DNA of 64,000 nt from an uncultured virus (IMG/VR IMGVR_UViG_3300028888_000068) (IMGVR_UViG_3300028888_000068); one strand, 5' to 3'. Positions 40,604 to 50,244 are shown, counted from the first letter of the stretch. The notes: generated by a model from the sequence alone, not told the origin. Translations and numbers: made by a program.

Positions 40604-42196
40604 TTATTCAAGAACTCTGTCTTTATCTGCTTGCACGACAATACGTGTGAACTTTTTCTTGATAATTTCAGACTTAAGTTCATCAGATATAGAATCTTTT
40701 AGGTAATCAATAATATCTTCCACAGTAACTTCACAAGATATATACTCTTTCGGTGATTTTTTAGTACCTATATTGTATATAGCAAACTTTGAAGCTCCTG
40801 CACCGTGGTTATCTTTTGCAAAATTTACTACTTCGATAACTGCATCTCTGAGGACTCCTTTACCCAAGAGTTTTTCAATAGTTACTATATCAATACTATA
40901 TGAAGTAGTATTAACTCTTTGACGAGAGATTAAGTCTATGTCATTATTTCGTTTATCGAAATAGAAACTATACTTCATAAAATCTTCAAAGTTATCACAA
41001 AATCTAGAATCGTCCCAGTCTAATAGAACTCTTTCCAAAATTTTGTCTAGATCAATACCCATACACTTTAAAAGGGCTGGATAATATGCACTCTTTGAAA
41101 TATTTACGTCTCTCGTTAGATTGTATATAGTTCTTTCCAGAGCTTTTTTATTGTCATCCGCAGATTTACTACTCATTATAGTCAGGTTATTATCTGACCG
41201 CTGAATTCCATACCACTCAACAAGTGCATCAGTAGCTAAATCTCTAAGAATTCCTTTAAACTTAGAAACTATATTCTCTGGATAAGTTAGGTTTGCCCAA
41301 CTGGAGAAGTAGCTAAAGACTTCAAATATTTTATATGTATCAACGTATCCAACATAGTCCTTTGACCTGTTAAATTTGCAGGCTTCTACAGCATTATCAA
41401 GCATCACATCCCAGTAATTCTGTATCTCTGCAGTCTCAAAATCATTTGTTAGAACTTCGCCAGATTCTACAGCACTTGGAAGAGCGAAGATAACCTTTAT
41501 ATCTTCAGGCTTTGGTCCGAAAACTCTAGTCTTAAATATATCACTGATGGATTTGTCCTTATCTGTAATAATATTTGTATACAGATATGCAGTAGCCATT
41601 CCTAGGTTATCCTTAAACTCCGAATTGTTTAAGGAATCTTTTCTTGATGCAAAAGTGCCTAAGAAGAAGTAGGTTTCTTTTATAGTATCATATCTATGTC
41701 CCGGAATCCACTTCTTAGTCTTTTTATTCGTTTCACAGTTTATTCTTCTCTTCATTTCTTCAAAGTATACCTTATATTCTGGCATCTCTGGACAAACGAA
41801 GGAAACTACATTTGGAGATGATTCCGAAAATATCGCTTCAAACACCTTTCCTTCAAACTTTCCTTTATTTGAATCAAGTGATAAGAAGATATCGGACATC
41901 GTATCATCACAAAAATTCATAACCCTATACCAAGAGTCGTCTGAGAATACTTCGGGACTCTTAATAAACGCGCCCACAGAAGAAGTTATCCACTCTTTTT
42001 GCAGCTTTTCGAATTTAAATTCAAGTTCATTTATATCCGAAGAAATTTCAGTATAGGGCCTATCCTGAATAAGTTTTACGATCGCGTTTTTATCTGCCTT
42101 TTTATCTCTAGAGGCAAGATAAACTCGTTTCTCGTGGTCTACTACATCAACAAAAGCCAAAAATCCTGGCGTAAGCCTCCAATCATTAATTATCAT
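40604..42196 (-). CDS. Hypothetical protein
   Basis: 530-aa ORF. Confidence 0.8.
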   Translation of the reverse strand: MIINDWRLTPGFLAFVDVVDHEKRVYLASRDKKADKNAIVKLIQDRPYTEISSDINELEFKFEKLQKEWITSSVGAFIKSPEVFSDDSWYRVMNFCDDTMSDIFLSLDSNKGKFEGKVFEAIFSESSPNVVSFVCPEMPEYKVYFEEMKRRINCETNKKTKKWIPGHRYDTIKETYFFLGTFASRKDSLNNSEFKDNLGMATAYLYTNIITDKDKSISDIFKTRVFGPKPEDIKVIFALPSAVESGEVLTNDFETAEIQNYWDVMLDNAVEACKFNRSKDYVGYVDTYKIFEVFSYFSSWANLTYPENIVSKFKGILRDLATDALVEWYGIQRSDNNLTIMSSKSADDNKKALERTIYNLTRDVNISKSAYYPALLKCMGIDLDKILERVLLDWDDSRFCDNFEDFMKYSFYFDKRNNDIDLISRQRVNTTSYSIDIVTIEKLLGKGVLRDAVIEVVNFAKDNHGAGASKFAIYNIGTKKSPKEYISCEVTVEDIIDYLKDSISDELKSEIIKKKFTRIVVQADKDRVLE

Positions 42197-42611
42197 CGTT
42201 ATCTATTGTTAATTTTATTTTCTTTTTCACACTATTAAATTGTATTCGATCACCACCAATAAACTCTTTTATCTTGGTGATCTCATCTTTAAGAGTTTCA
42301 TCGTCGTCAAAGAGCGAATCGGCATAATTCAGCTTAACTGTTGCTGATTTAAACTTCCTTTTCTTCTCATCTGGCTCTTCGATTTCAATACAACAGAATA
42401 ATTTTCCCTCAGTTCTCATAACTATTTCACTGAGTTCTGGAATTTTAGATGCTTCAAAATTGAATCGTCTTTCTATAAACTCTTCAAAAGATGTACATCG
42501 TTCCTGATAAGTTTCTGGAGTTCTTCTTACACTACAATAGTCTTTCTCGTAACTCTTAAGTGTTTTATTTACGTTAGCTATTATAGTTTTTAATGCTTGC
42601 TCTGAGTCCAT
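42186..42611 (-). CDS. Hypothetical protein
   Basis: ORF in the operon. Confidence 0.7.
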   Translation of the reverse strand: MDSEQALKTIIANVNKTLKSYEKDYCSVRRTPETYQERCTSFEEFIERRFNFEASKIPELSEIVMRTEGKLFCCIEIEEPDEKKRKFKSATVKLNYADSLFDDDETLKDEITKIKEFIGGDRIQFNSVKKKIKLTIDNDDN

Positions 42612-43183
42612 ATCAACATATTTCTTAGTGATCTATCAATCTTTCTTAATTTCGGCATATCATACGGAACTTTCAATCTTTCTGGATACCCTAAGAGAAG
42701 CTCTTTGGTCCAAGTTCCAGATTGTCTTAAAGTTATATCTGTAGAAAATCCAATTCTATCATTCTTAATTCTGAACTGGCCTTCTTTTAGATTATTCATT
42801 AGGTCTTGACAGATATATAAATAATCATGATAGTCAGAAGAATATGAAAGGCAGTTCTTTGTATATATTTTATCAGGAGTATCAGACAATTTTATAAGCT
42901 TCCAGTCTGAAAAGTCTATTGCTTCATCTTCATCTATTGTCATAGACTCAAAAACTCTAGGAATTATAACTAAGTTTAAGAAGTCTACGTATACAAATGC
43001 TCCCTCACCTGGTTTTTCAAAATAAAGGAACATATTAGTTGAAGCAAATGGAAACGACTTATCAGTGCAATTTCTATGATAAGTTTCTGTAGACGCCTCC
43101 ATAAGAACTAGCGGTTTCTTAATATACTCTTTGTTATCTCCTACCAGTATATCAAAATATTCTTCAGTTATTGGTTTTATCAT
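42590..43183 (-). CDS. Hypothetical protein
   Basis: ORF in the operon. Confidence 0.7.
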   Translation of the reverse strand: MIKPITEEYFDILVGDNKEYIKKPLVLMEASTETYHRNCTDKSFPFASTNMFLYFEKPGEGAFVYVDFLNLVIIPRVFESMTIDEDEAIDFSDWKLIKLSDTPDKIYTKNCLSYSSDYHDYLYICQDLMNNLKEGQFRIKNDRIGFSTDITLRQSGTWTKELLLGYPERLKVPYDMPKLRKIDRSLRNMLIWTQSKH

Positions 43184-44151
43184 AGACTTCTAAAATAATC
43201 TAATAGTCCTACACTATCCCAAGAAACTCTATCTTTAGATCTAGATGTTCTGGCATATTCTCCATTGACAGCGTCTATATACATTGAGTGACTTCCTTCA
43301 TCGCCCATATATAAAGAGTTCCATTCATAGTCTGTCAATGAACTCTTAATATCTAGCTGTTCAAGAGCCAAATTATCAAAGCCAATAGTTCTTCCTTTAC
43401 TAAGATTATTTGTATTTCTTAGGCGCTGTTTATAAATATTTCTCTTTACTATACGTTCAAACTCCTTAATATCTTCTGGAAGTTCAGTATTCTTTGCTCT
43501 TCCCCACTGCTTATATCCAAGAATTAGTATAGGCATGTCAGCGCTTTCAAATAACTCTTCTAATTGGCTAGATGGAAAAACACCAGCAATTATATGAGCT
43601 ACGTACGTTTGCAAGCGATACTCACTAATCCAGAAAGACTCATCTAGTTTTTCATCTAAAAGATTTACAAACGTTTTTCGCAGTGATGGTCCAAAGGGGT
43701 TGTCATCATACAGTACAGGAAGACTGTCTAAACTGACTCCAACTCCACCAACTGACTTTATAATTTTCTTTGATTCTTCACTACAGGTATTTAAGTCCTT
43801 TATATTAACTGTTACCCTAGTTCTATATCCTTCTTCATTTAGCAGGTTGACCAGTTTTAGAGTTTCTTCTGGTGAATCTAAAACATTTCCACCACCTATA
43901 GCAATTTCTATTGGTACTTTTGGAAGTTGAGACAATATTTCCATAGTTTTTTCAAGATCAAAGATTTTCCCTTGAGGTGTACTAGATTCATGACAGAACG
44001 AGCATCCCCAAGAACATCTATTTGATATCTTTAAGTCTATAGAATCTGGAAAATCAGCAACTAAGTCCTCACCAAATCGGCAGGCTCTTTTTATCATGTC
44101 TCCTTCTCCAGTTTGATATACTATGTAGTTTCCGTTTTTATAACTTTTCAT
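43180..44151 (-). CDS. Radical SAM protein
   Basis: CSWGCSFC (Cx3Cx2C) and AIGGG. Confidence 0.9.
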   Translation of the reverse strand: MKSYKNGNYIVYQTGEGDMIKRACRFGEDLVADFPDSIDLKISNRCSWGCSFCHESSTPQGKIFDLEKTMEILSQLPKVPIEIAIGGGNVLDSPEETLKLVNLLNEEGYRTRVTVNIKDLNTCSEESKKIIKSVGGVGVSLDSLPVLYDDNPFGPSLRKTFVNLLDEKLDESFWISEYRLQTYVAHIIAGVFPSSQLEELFESADMPILILGYKQWGRAKNTELPEDIKEFERIVKRNIYKQRLRNTNNLSKGRTIGFDNLALEQLDIKSSLTDYEWNSLYMGDEGSHSMYIDAVNGEYARTSRSKDRVSWDSVGLLDYFRSL

Positions 44152-44153
44152 AA

Positions 44154-45155
44154 TTAAAAATCTAATAATATGTCAAACTTTTTAGTCCACAACCTCATGG
44201 GAGCCAAAGCATAATCTGTTCCTTGGCTGATCTTATTTTCTTTAAGTAATTCAGAGAAACTCAGCTTATTTGGACTTTTCATACTCTCTGCTATTAAAGA
44301 AGACACTGAATTTCCATAGAAAGCTATATATATTTTGCCATCTATTAGAATACTTTCAGAAGGATAAAATAAATCGAGGTCTTTGAATGAACTAGGCTCT
44401 ATAAAGTCGAATTTTTTCTTAGATATAGACCAAGATATGTCGTTTAAGAAATAATTACTATCACTATTCTTAATTGAATAGAGCATATCATAATCATCCG
44501 GTCGGAAGTCGTTTATAGTAAAGTCTATTATTCCAAGAGGATTTCCAAAATTTATAGAAGCTATCAGATCTGGATCATCTTTTGAAGACTCTATTTTAGT
44601 TTCATTATAAAATCCTTCTGGTGCATCAGAGTTATCATTTCCTCCATACCACCAGCTATTAGGATTTAAAAGAAAATTCCGAATAGTATCTTCATTTTCT
44701 AGGATCTCCTCTTTCATATCAGAATAAGAGTTGTGGTTTATTTCTGGGCAGCTTAAAGTTCCTGGATTCTCTCCTGCTTTATATGCCCGAACATAATCCT
44801 CAACCCACTGGAACTCAACTCTCTCGACACCAAAAATTTTCTTTAGGATCTTTTCGAGTTTCTTTTGGCTTTTTTGAGTTCTTGGATCTTGATAGTTATT
44901 AAAATAAAATCCGCAAAGGTATTGGAGTTTTGTTAAGCAAGAGTTAGATTTTGTCCATTCCCAGCCAAACTCTTGAAATCTACTAGGAATATATAGAACA
45001 CCATCATTAATTATCAAATCAAAACCAGAATCTCCTGGTTTTAGGTTAGTCTTCGAATCCATGCATATTGATACAGCATGTGAAGATGATGAATTAGTCT
45101 CTATTAGTCCGCCTCCTCGGCGGACCATCTTTAATTTCTTACTATTATTTTCCAT
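44154..45155 (-). CDS. ETNSSS-motif phage protein (radical SAM partner)
   Basis: IETNSSSSH, EFGWEW, INHNS and GNDN. Confidence 0.7.
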   Translation of the reverse strand: MENNSKKLKMVRRGGGLIETNSSSSHAVSICMDSKTNLKPGDSGFDLIINDGVLYIPSRFQEFGWEWTKSNSCLTKLQYLCGFYFNNYQDPRTQKSQKKLEKILKKIFGVERVEFQWVEDYVRAYKAGENPGTLSCPEINHNSYSDMKEEILENEDTIRNFLLNPNSWWYGGNDNSDAPEGFYNETKIESSKDDPDLIASINFGNPLGIIDFTINDFRPDDYDMLYSIKNSDSNYFLNDISWSISKKKFDFIEPSSFKDLDLFYPSESILIDGKIYIAFYGNSVSSLIAESMKSPNKLSFSELLKENKISQGTDYALAPMRLWTKKFDILLDF

Positions 45156-45156
45156 A

Positions 45157-45189
45157 CATATATGAGGAATTGAGAATTCCTTATATATG
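45157..45189. promoter_or_regulatory. Back-to-back divergent phage promoter motifs
   Basis: CATATATGAGG-N11-CCTTATATATG with ATGs 1-2 nt beyond each. Confidence 0.7.
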
Positions 45190-45191
45190 AA

Positions 45192-45542
45192 ATGATAACT
45201 TTAGAAAACTTAATTGATAGAGGATACAGAGAATATCCTGTTCCAAAATATTCAGGATGGTCAAACGCACAGAAATTTTTTCAAAAGAAAATCATAGTTA
45301 TAGAAGATGCTGATGAATTTTATATCGATGCATACATATACGATTTTAGAAACTATGATCCAGCCATGAAAGTAGATTTTGTATTTGATTGTCAATTTAA
45401 TGGTGATTACGATGGGACTACTTTTAATATAAATACAGTTGGGTGGAAAAACGAAGAGAAAACCTTAGACAGAGTTGAAGAATTTTTCATGGAAGTATAT
45501 AAATTATCTAAAAAATTTAGAAAAATAAAAGAGGATATATAG
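45192..45542 (+). CDS. Hypothetical protein
   Basis: Starts 2 nt after the motif. Confidence 0.7.
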   Translation: MITLENLIDRGYREYPVPKYSGWSNAQKFFQKKIIVIEDADEFYIDAYIYDFRNYDPAMKVDFVFDCQFNGDYDGTTFNINTVGWKNEEKTLDRVEEFFMEVYKLSKKFRKIKEDI

Positions 45543-45556
45543 TCCTCTTTTTTAAT

Positions 45557-45976
45557 TTAGTCCCCGAAAAATGGAAGAAACTGTATCTCTACCTCTGTAT
45601 CTTCTCTATGTAAATACACTCCATAGTTTTTAAAATAGATTACAACAGTCCATCTATCTATTTTCCAAGATTCAGAAGCCCAAGGTAATAGGAGCATCTT
45701 ATCACGCAGTCTTTTAAAATCATCCTTAGCCTCTATACAAGTACAAAATGATTTCTTAAAGATTACATTATTCACATACACAGAATCAAAAACTGTATAT
45801 GTCATCTTTCTATATTGTCCCCAAAAACACACCTCATTCTCAGAATTCCAATTAAGTTTTCTAGCTTCTTCCGTAAGTTTTTCTATGGTCCATCTTTCTG
45901 TTATTCCATCTCTTTGTGCATATCCTGAAAAAGACATTAATAGCACAATACCAACGACTAATATAAATTTTTTCAT
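45557..45976 (-). CDS. Secreted hypothetical protein
   Basis: Signal peptide MKKFILVVGIVLLMSFSGYAQ; the A-Q cleavage pattern is typical of Bacteroidota. Confidence 0.7.
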   Translation of the reverse strand: MKKFILVVGIVLLMSFSGYAQRDGITERWTIEKLTEEARKLNWNSENEVCFWGQYRKMTYTVFDSVYVNNVIFKKSFCTCIEAKDDFKRLRDKMLLLPWASESWKIDRWTVVIYFKNYGVYLHREDTEVEIQFLPFFGD

Positions 45977-45995
45977 GTCATTTATAAGGAAATAG

Positions 45996-46027
45996 AGAAC
46001 TCAGAAATTACTTCTGAGTTCTTTTTA
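45996..46027. terminator. Terminator hairpin
   Basis: GAACTCAGAA/TTCTGAGTTC stem. Confidence 0.7.
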
Positions 46028-46042
46028 TATATATAATATAAA

Positions 46043-46395
46043 GTTATTAATTCCCGCGACAGCCCAATATAAGAGGCCGTAGGAACAACTGCAAAACTAC
46101 TACTCTTCCTTCTGGTCGAGATGAATTTAGCATGGGATTTGATAGAGCTTTGTGCTTTTAGTCCTGATCTTTGAGTTATATTGAACTTTGATCTTTCTAA
46201 CTTTAAGCTTCTTAGCTCTAAGCTTTTATTAGCCATTAATTTACGCGCTTCAAATACGTAAAATTTATCGTGTCTAGATTAAAAGTCTAGTCGATTATAC
46301 CTTTTAGCGTTATCATCGCTAAAAAACATCCTAATTTACTTCCGAATGTGAGAGAAGGCGTTATTTATGGCCTCTTTCGCCGTAGTATTAATAAC
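46043..46395 (-). ncRNA. Candidate structured RNA with heptamer repeats
   Basis: Terminal pairings 46043-51/46387-95 and 46071-78/46369-76; internal hairpins; ~9 AAAGNTY-like units. Confidence 0.6.
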
Positions 46396-46401
46396 CTTAC
46401 C

Positions 46402-47037
46402 TTAGTCCTCGATTTCTATGAAAGTAGTCGAATTACTTTCAGAAAGAACATAGTCGACGTTTGTTTTAAAGTCTTCTATATCTTTCTCGAGGGACTCTAT
46501 TTTTTCGGCAATATTGATTGGATCTACGAAAGCTGCTTCGTAGAGCTTTTCAATTGTATCTAGAGCATCTTTTTCAAGGTCCTTTGCCTTTGTGTCTCCA
46601 CTTTTTCCAGTCTGGTCCTTGACGATTGTCTCAACACGAGCTCTGTTTTCAGCTTCAACAGCTTCTTTCTCTTTTTGAGCTCTAGTAAACTGAAGCTTTA
46701 AAACTCTCAGTTCCTCCTCCTGCAGGTAAATAAGATTTTTTCTTACAATTGCCTGCTGGACTGTCATTTCTTTGCCTCCAATCTTAACTATTGTCGTTAA
46801 GTTGGATTTATCTATCTCTTCTTTTAATCTGGTTATTCGATTTCTTATGGCTTCAACGCTCTGAAATTGAGCAATGGCCTTTCCTTCGAATACTTCTTTT
46901 GTGAATTGAGAGTTTGGCTGACGGAGAGCCTGACCTTTTCTAACTGCAATAAAGCTAGAACGGTTTAGCTCAGAGCCATACCGATTTTTCAACAGTTTTA
47001 ATTCTGCTAATGCTCTGGTAATTGTTATCTTTGCCAT
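46402..47037 (-). CDS. Coiled-coil protein (DIP1984/DUF6847-like, from recall)
   Basis: ITITRALAELKLL...IDKSNLTT...VDP...VDYVLSESNSTTFIEI. Confidence 0.7.
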   Translation of the reverse strand: MAKITITRALAELKLLKNRYGSELNRSSFIAVRKGQALRQPNSQFTKEVFEGKAIAQFQSVEAIRNRITRLKEEIDKSNLTTIVKIGGKEMTVQQAIVRKNLIYLQEEELRVLKLQFTRAQKEKEAVEAENRARVETIVKDQTGKSGDTKAKDLEKDALDTIEKLYEAAFVDPINIAEKIESLEKDIEDFKTNVDYVLSESNSTTFIEIED

Positions 47038-47076
47038 AAACTTATAAATTTTAAAGTGTTGAAATAAAATAAACGC

Positions 47077-47177
47077 CGCCTAATTATTAAGCTTCCGATT
47101 CAAACGGAATATTGAATATACTAGTAGTAGTATATCCCGGTTTGTCCCTCTTAAGCCTAGTCCATAATAATTAAGCG
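47077..47177 (-). other. Structured leader with a T-arm-like hairpin
   Basis: 13-bp near-perfect closing stem; TTCCG-TTTGAAT-CGGAA; ATATACTA/TAGTATAT. Confidence 0.4.
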
Positions 47178-47383
47178 AAAATCTAATTTATTATGGTTTT
47201 TGTTTGTCTAGAAAATAGTTAATTTAAAATGCACCTTATGAATCAGAACTTCGGCCCTATAATAACGACCTACTTTCTCCCGAAGATATCTCTTCTCGGT
47301 TCTAGTATTCTGGGATACATTACGTATACCAGAAGGGTTCATAATGTATATAATATATGAATTTTAATGTCTTGAAAAGAATG

Positions 47384-47482
47384 GGAGCGAATGGGCTGGC
47401 CGGGAGTTGGTTCCCTACATACTTTGCCGTTGGCGAGGAGAAAGGTATGTTTAAGGTTGGGACCAGCCCAAGTTATCGCTCC
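47384..47482 (-). ncRNA. Candidate rod-shaped GC-rich RNA
   Basis: Nested stems GGAGCGA/TCGCTCC, TGGGCTGG/CCAGCCCA and ACATAC/GTATGT; motif at 47511-47520 upstream. Confidence 0.5.
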
Positions 47483-47733
47483 TTAGGTTTTGTGTTGAAA
47501 GTTTTTAATTCATTTATAAGAGTATGAGGGCCGTGAAGTCTGCTCCTGTTTTTAGGGGGTACCAAGCGGATATAGCAGGCTTGGCCAAGACGATGATGAT
47601 TCCCACAAAGGCCGCAACGATGATGATGAGCCTGCTAGAAACCAATACTGTTCCGCTAAAAATATCGCGGCCCTATTCATACTCAGTTCTCATTTATAAG
47701 AATTTGAGGGTTTCTTAGTTACCCTCTTTTTTG

Positions 47734-47804
47734 TTGAGATGTAGCGATTCGAACGCTAACTAAGGGAACCAAAATCCCTGGTGCTACCATTACACCACAT
47801 CTCA
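47734..47804 (-). tRNA. tRNA-Gln(TTG)
   Basis: Full cloverleaf: TGAGATG/CATCTCA, loop TTTTGGT, GTTCGAATC; motif at 47809-47818. Confidence 0.92.
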
Positions 47805-47887
47805 ATTCCATTTATAAGAATTTAAGGGCCTCGTAGTTTCCCTTTTATTTCTCTTTAAAGCCTTATAGATGAAAACCAATACATGAT

Positions 47888-48097
47888 ATGAAAGAATTAA
47901 TTTTAATGCGCCTTGCGGCTACTAAAATTAAGCTTATAACGGCGCGGGAAAAGTTGGTTGCTGATTTCAATGAGATTGAAAAGCAACTAGAAGTTCTTGA
48001 AAAGAGAATTGCTAATGCTGAGAGCGCTGAGGAGATCTCCAACGCGCTTGGAACGGCTATTCAATTCTTAGATTCTTATGAAAAGAAGGGAAACTAG
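47888..48097 (+). CDS. Small coiled-coil protein
   Basis: Own motif at 47861-47871 and a terminator at the stop. Confidence 0.65.
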   Translation: MKELILMRLAATKIKLITAREKLVADFNEIEKQLEVLEKRIANAESAEEISNALGTAIQFLDSYEKKGN

Positions 48098-48214
48098 CCC
48101 TTCTTTTTTATTCCCTTCTATATCCCTTCAAAACCTTATATATGTAGAAGATACCTAAAGACTAAGACTGACGCTTTGGGTATTTTATGTCTTTAGTCAG
48201 TCAAGAATTAAGAT

Positions 48215-48400
48215 ATGGAATTTTTTGCTATATTGGCATGGCTTGGGAAAGTCATTGCCATGTTCGCCGCATTGGCGATCCTGGTCCTGGTCATTATGGC
48301 CTGGGCTGGGAATACAATGAAAAAGTCCCGGGAAGCCCGGGAAAAGTCTAACTCCGTCCTGCAGAAGTGTGGGCGCGGTGACATCCGGATTCAGAAATGA
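48215..48400 (+). CDS. Small membrane protein
   Basis: Hydrophobic N-terminal half; motif at 48134-48144. Confidence 0.7.
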   Translation: MEFFAILAWLGKVIAMFAALAILVLVIMAWAGNTMKKSREAREKSNSVLQKCGRGDIRIQK

Positions 48401-48503
48401 TCCGGATTTTTATTTCCCCCAAAGCCTTATATATGTAGAGGAGCTAAATTTTATTATATAGCCAGGCCTCTACATTTTGTAAACTACTAAAACCAAACCT
48501 ACT

Positions 48504-48638
48504 ATGAGCAACATAGAAACTGTTGTATTGGTGATTACTGGGTCTCTTGGACTTATGTACATCACCTACATATCTGGGCTCATTGTAATCTCTTTATTCA
48601 AGGGATTTTTGACGAGCCTGAAGAAATGGGGAAAGTGA
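48504..48638 (+). CDS. 44-aa membrane peptide (not in ORF track)
   Basis: MSNIETVVLVITGSLGLMYITYISGLIVISLFKGFLTSLKKWGK; motif at 48425-48435. Confidence 0.65.
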   Translation: MSNIETVVLVITGSLGLMYITYISGLIVISLFKGFLTSLKKWGK

Positions 48639-48670
48639 AAACTTTCTTCATTTTTTTATCCTCTCAAATT

Positions 48671-48845
48671 CTTATATATGACTTTTTAACGTCTTGTTTG
48701 ACATCGGTGCTAGAGAATATCTGGGGAGGTATCTCTAGCACTATTTTCTTTGTCTCCTTCTAATTCCTTATAAATGAATTTAGCTTATTCATATTTGGTA
48801 TTAGGAAGGGTAGTCCTCGGTTGCAAAACTGGGGGCTACTTTATT
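48671..48845 (+). ncRNA. Two tandem mini transcription units
   Basis: Motifs at 48671-80 and 48766-76; hairpins at 48707-48741 and 48810-48839. Confidence 0.5.
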
Positions 48846-48887
48846 GATAATGATAAAAAAGAAGGAAAATAGCTTCCTTCTTTATTT

Positions 48888-49055
48888 TCATAGCGGGACA
48901 ATTATATATTCTAATTCATTGAGGTCTCCGATATCAAAAGCTTCGGATTCTGCTTTTCTTTTTGCTCGTTCGGCCTCTCTTTTAGAATTATAAGTTCCTA
49001 CCAACATGCCGTTTTCTAAAAGTCCCCACGGCTCATACTTTTCTTCTTTTGCCAT
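48888..49055 (-). CDS. Small hypothetical protein
   Basis: Start trimmed to MAKEEK; similar to 13540..13734. Confidence 0.6.
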   Translation of the reverse strand: MAKEEKYEPWGLLENGMLVGTYNSKREAERAKRKAESEAFDIGDLNELEYIIVPL

Positions 49056-49665
49056 CTTCTTTATCTTTTCTAAAACTCGTCTTCTTGTCGAACCCATGAC
49101 TCTCGGCCTTTTCTTCATCGGTTCTTGAATCTGTTATTACCGGCTCTTTCATTTTCAGGAGATAGTTATAAATTCCGTTCCATATTTCTTGAGCCGAGAG
49201 AAATCCGATGAGAGGGAGGCCGACCAGGATAGGGTTCTTCACATAATCCCAAGAATCCCATCGTGAACCAGTCTCTCGATAAGCTAAGACGAGAGGAGCC
49301 TGTGGAGATATTAGTTCTTTATCAACTCCATAATAAGGATCGGATACCCACCAAGGCATCCAACTCTTTTTCTTCTGATTCTTTAATTCTCCATCCATAT
49401 CGTATTCCTCAACGGTGAATTTTATATTATCACCGTCATAATCTCTATTGACAAGGAACCTCTTTTTATAATCTTCGCCTGCCTGAATATATAAGTAGTA
49501 ATTTCGGCTAGGCTCATTTTTAAGAGAGTTGAATGGCCTATGGTATCCGTCAAGCTCTTTTCTTGCTACAACGGAATTTCTTCTATCATATACTACATAC
49601 TCATCTATGCCATTTATTCCGGCAAGATAATCGTAAAAATCTTTTTTGTTATCTATTATTTTCAT
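49033..49665 (-). CDS. Conserved phage hypothetical protein
   Basis: KDFYDY...HGFDKKTSFR; starts 2 nt after the motif at 49668-49678. Confidence 0.75.
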   Translation of the reverse strand: MKIIDNKKDFYDYLAGINGIDEYVVYDRRNSVVARKELDGYHRPFNSLKNEPSRNYYLYIQAGEDYKKRFLVNRDYDGDNIKFTVEEYDMDGELKNQKKKSWMPWWVSDPYYGVDKELISPQAPLVLAYRETGSRWDSWDYVKNPILVGLPLIGFLSAQEIWNGIYNYLLKMKEPVITDSRTDEEKAESHGFDKKTSFRKDKEDGKRRKV

Positions 49666-49686
49666 ATCATCAATAAGGCTTTAATC

Positions 49687-49980
49687 CCTTATATATAAGT
49701 TTCATATAATGATAGGTTTTAAGTCCGGCTATTGTGATAATACCCGGGCTTTTTTATTTATACCGCCCAGGAAGCCTTAATTCCTTATATATGTAGGTTT
49801 AGGTTTTAGTACACAACGGGCCGACAAACTATTAAAAAGATCTGATTTATGTCGGCCCTTAATTATTAACTAAAACCTAGGAAAACTATTTTTTTCGTCC
49901 TATTAAATCCTTATATATGAAATTTTCATGTAGTTACATTTGCCGGAGTCCAGTTGTTGCGAAACACCTGGGCTTTTATT
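49687..49980 (+). ncRNA. Three tandem mini transcription units
   Basis: Motifs at 49687, 49783 and 49909; hairpins at 49721-51, 49800-79 and 49947-74, each followed by a U-rich tract. Confidence 0.5.
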
Positions 49981-50001
49981 TGTCCCTTTAAATTCTTATA
50001 T

Positions 50002-50244
50002 ATGAAAATGACAAATATTGAAAAAAGAACTTTAAAAAGAAATCGAAGAGTACGAAAAAAGTATTTTAAGATTTTTTATAAAGACGTAAAAAGAGCACTA
50101 GCAACAGATTATCCAAAAACTGAAAATGGAGACTTATTTAAAAGTCTAGAGATACTTGCAGATAACCCGGTGCTACTGTTCAAAGCGGACATGGAAGAGA
50201 AGCATCATGTTGCAGAGGTAGTTTTGGTAGATTCATTAAGTTGA
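50002..50244 (+). CDS. Small basic hypothetical protein
   Basis: Start trimmed to the motif at 49995-50004. Confidence 0.6.
   Translation: MKMTNIEKRTLKRNRRVRKKYFKIFYKDVKRALATDYPKTENGDLFKSLEILADNPVLLFKADMEEKHHVAEVVLVDSLS

Noticed and set aside
46145..46226. Possible CRISPR array
   Set aside because: Units are ~7 nt with no spacers; no 25-45-nt repeats or cas genes seen in the window.
45982..46236. 84-aa ORF over the repeat RNA
   Set aside because: Low-complexity K/S/L product that runs through a terminator hairpin; better explained as non-coding, though not excluded.
47552..47693. Hydrophobic minus-strand reading frame after the promoter motif at 47691
   Set aside because: The TM-like frame has an early in-frame TAG and the other ATG frame is unconvincing; cannot distinguish pseudogene from short ORF.
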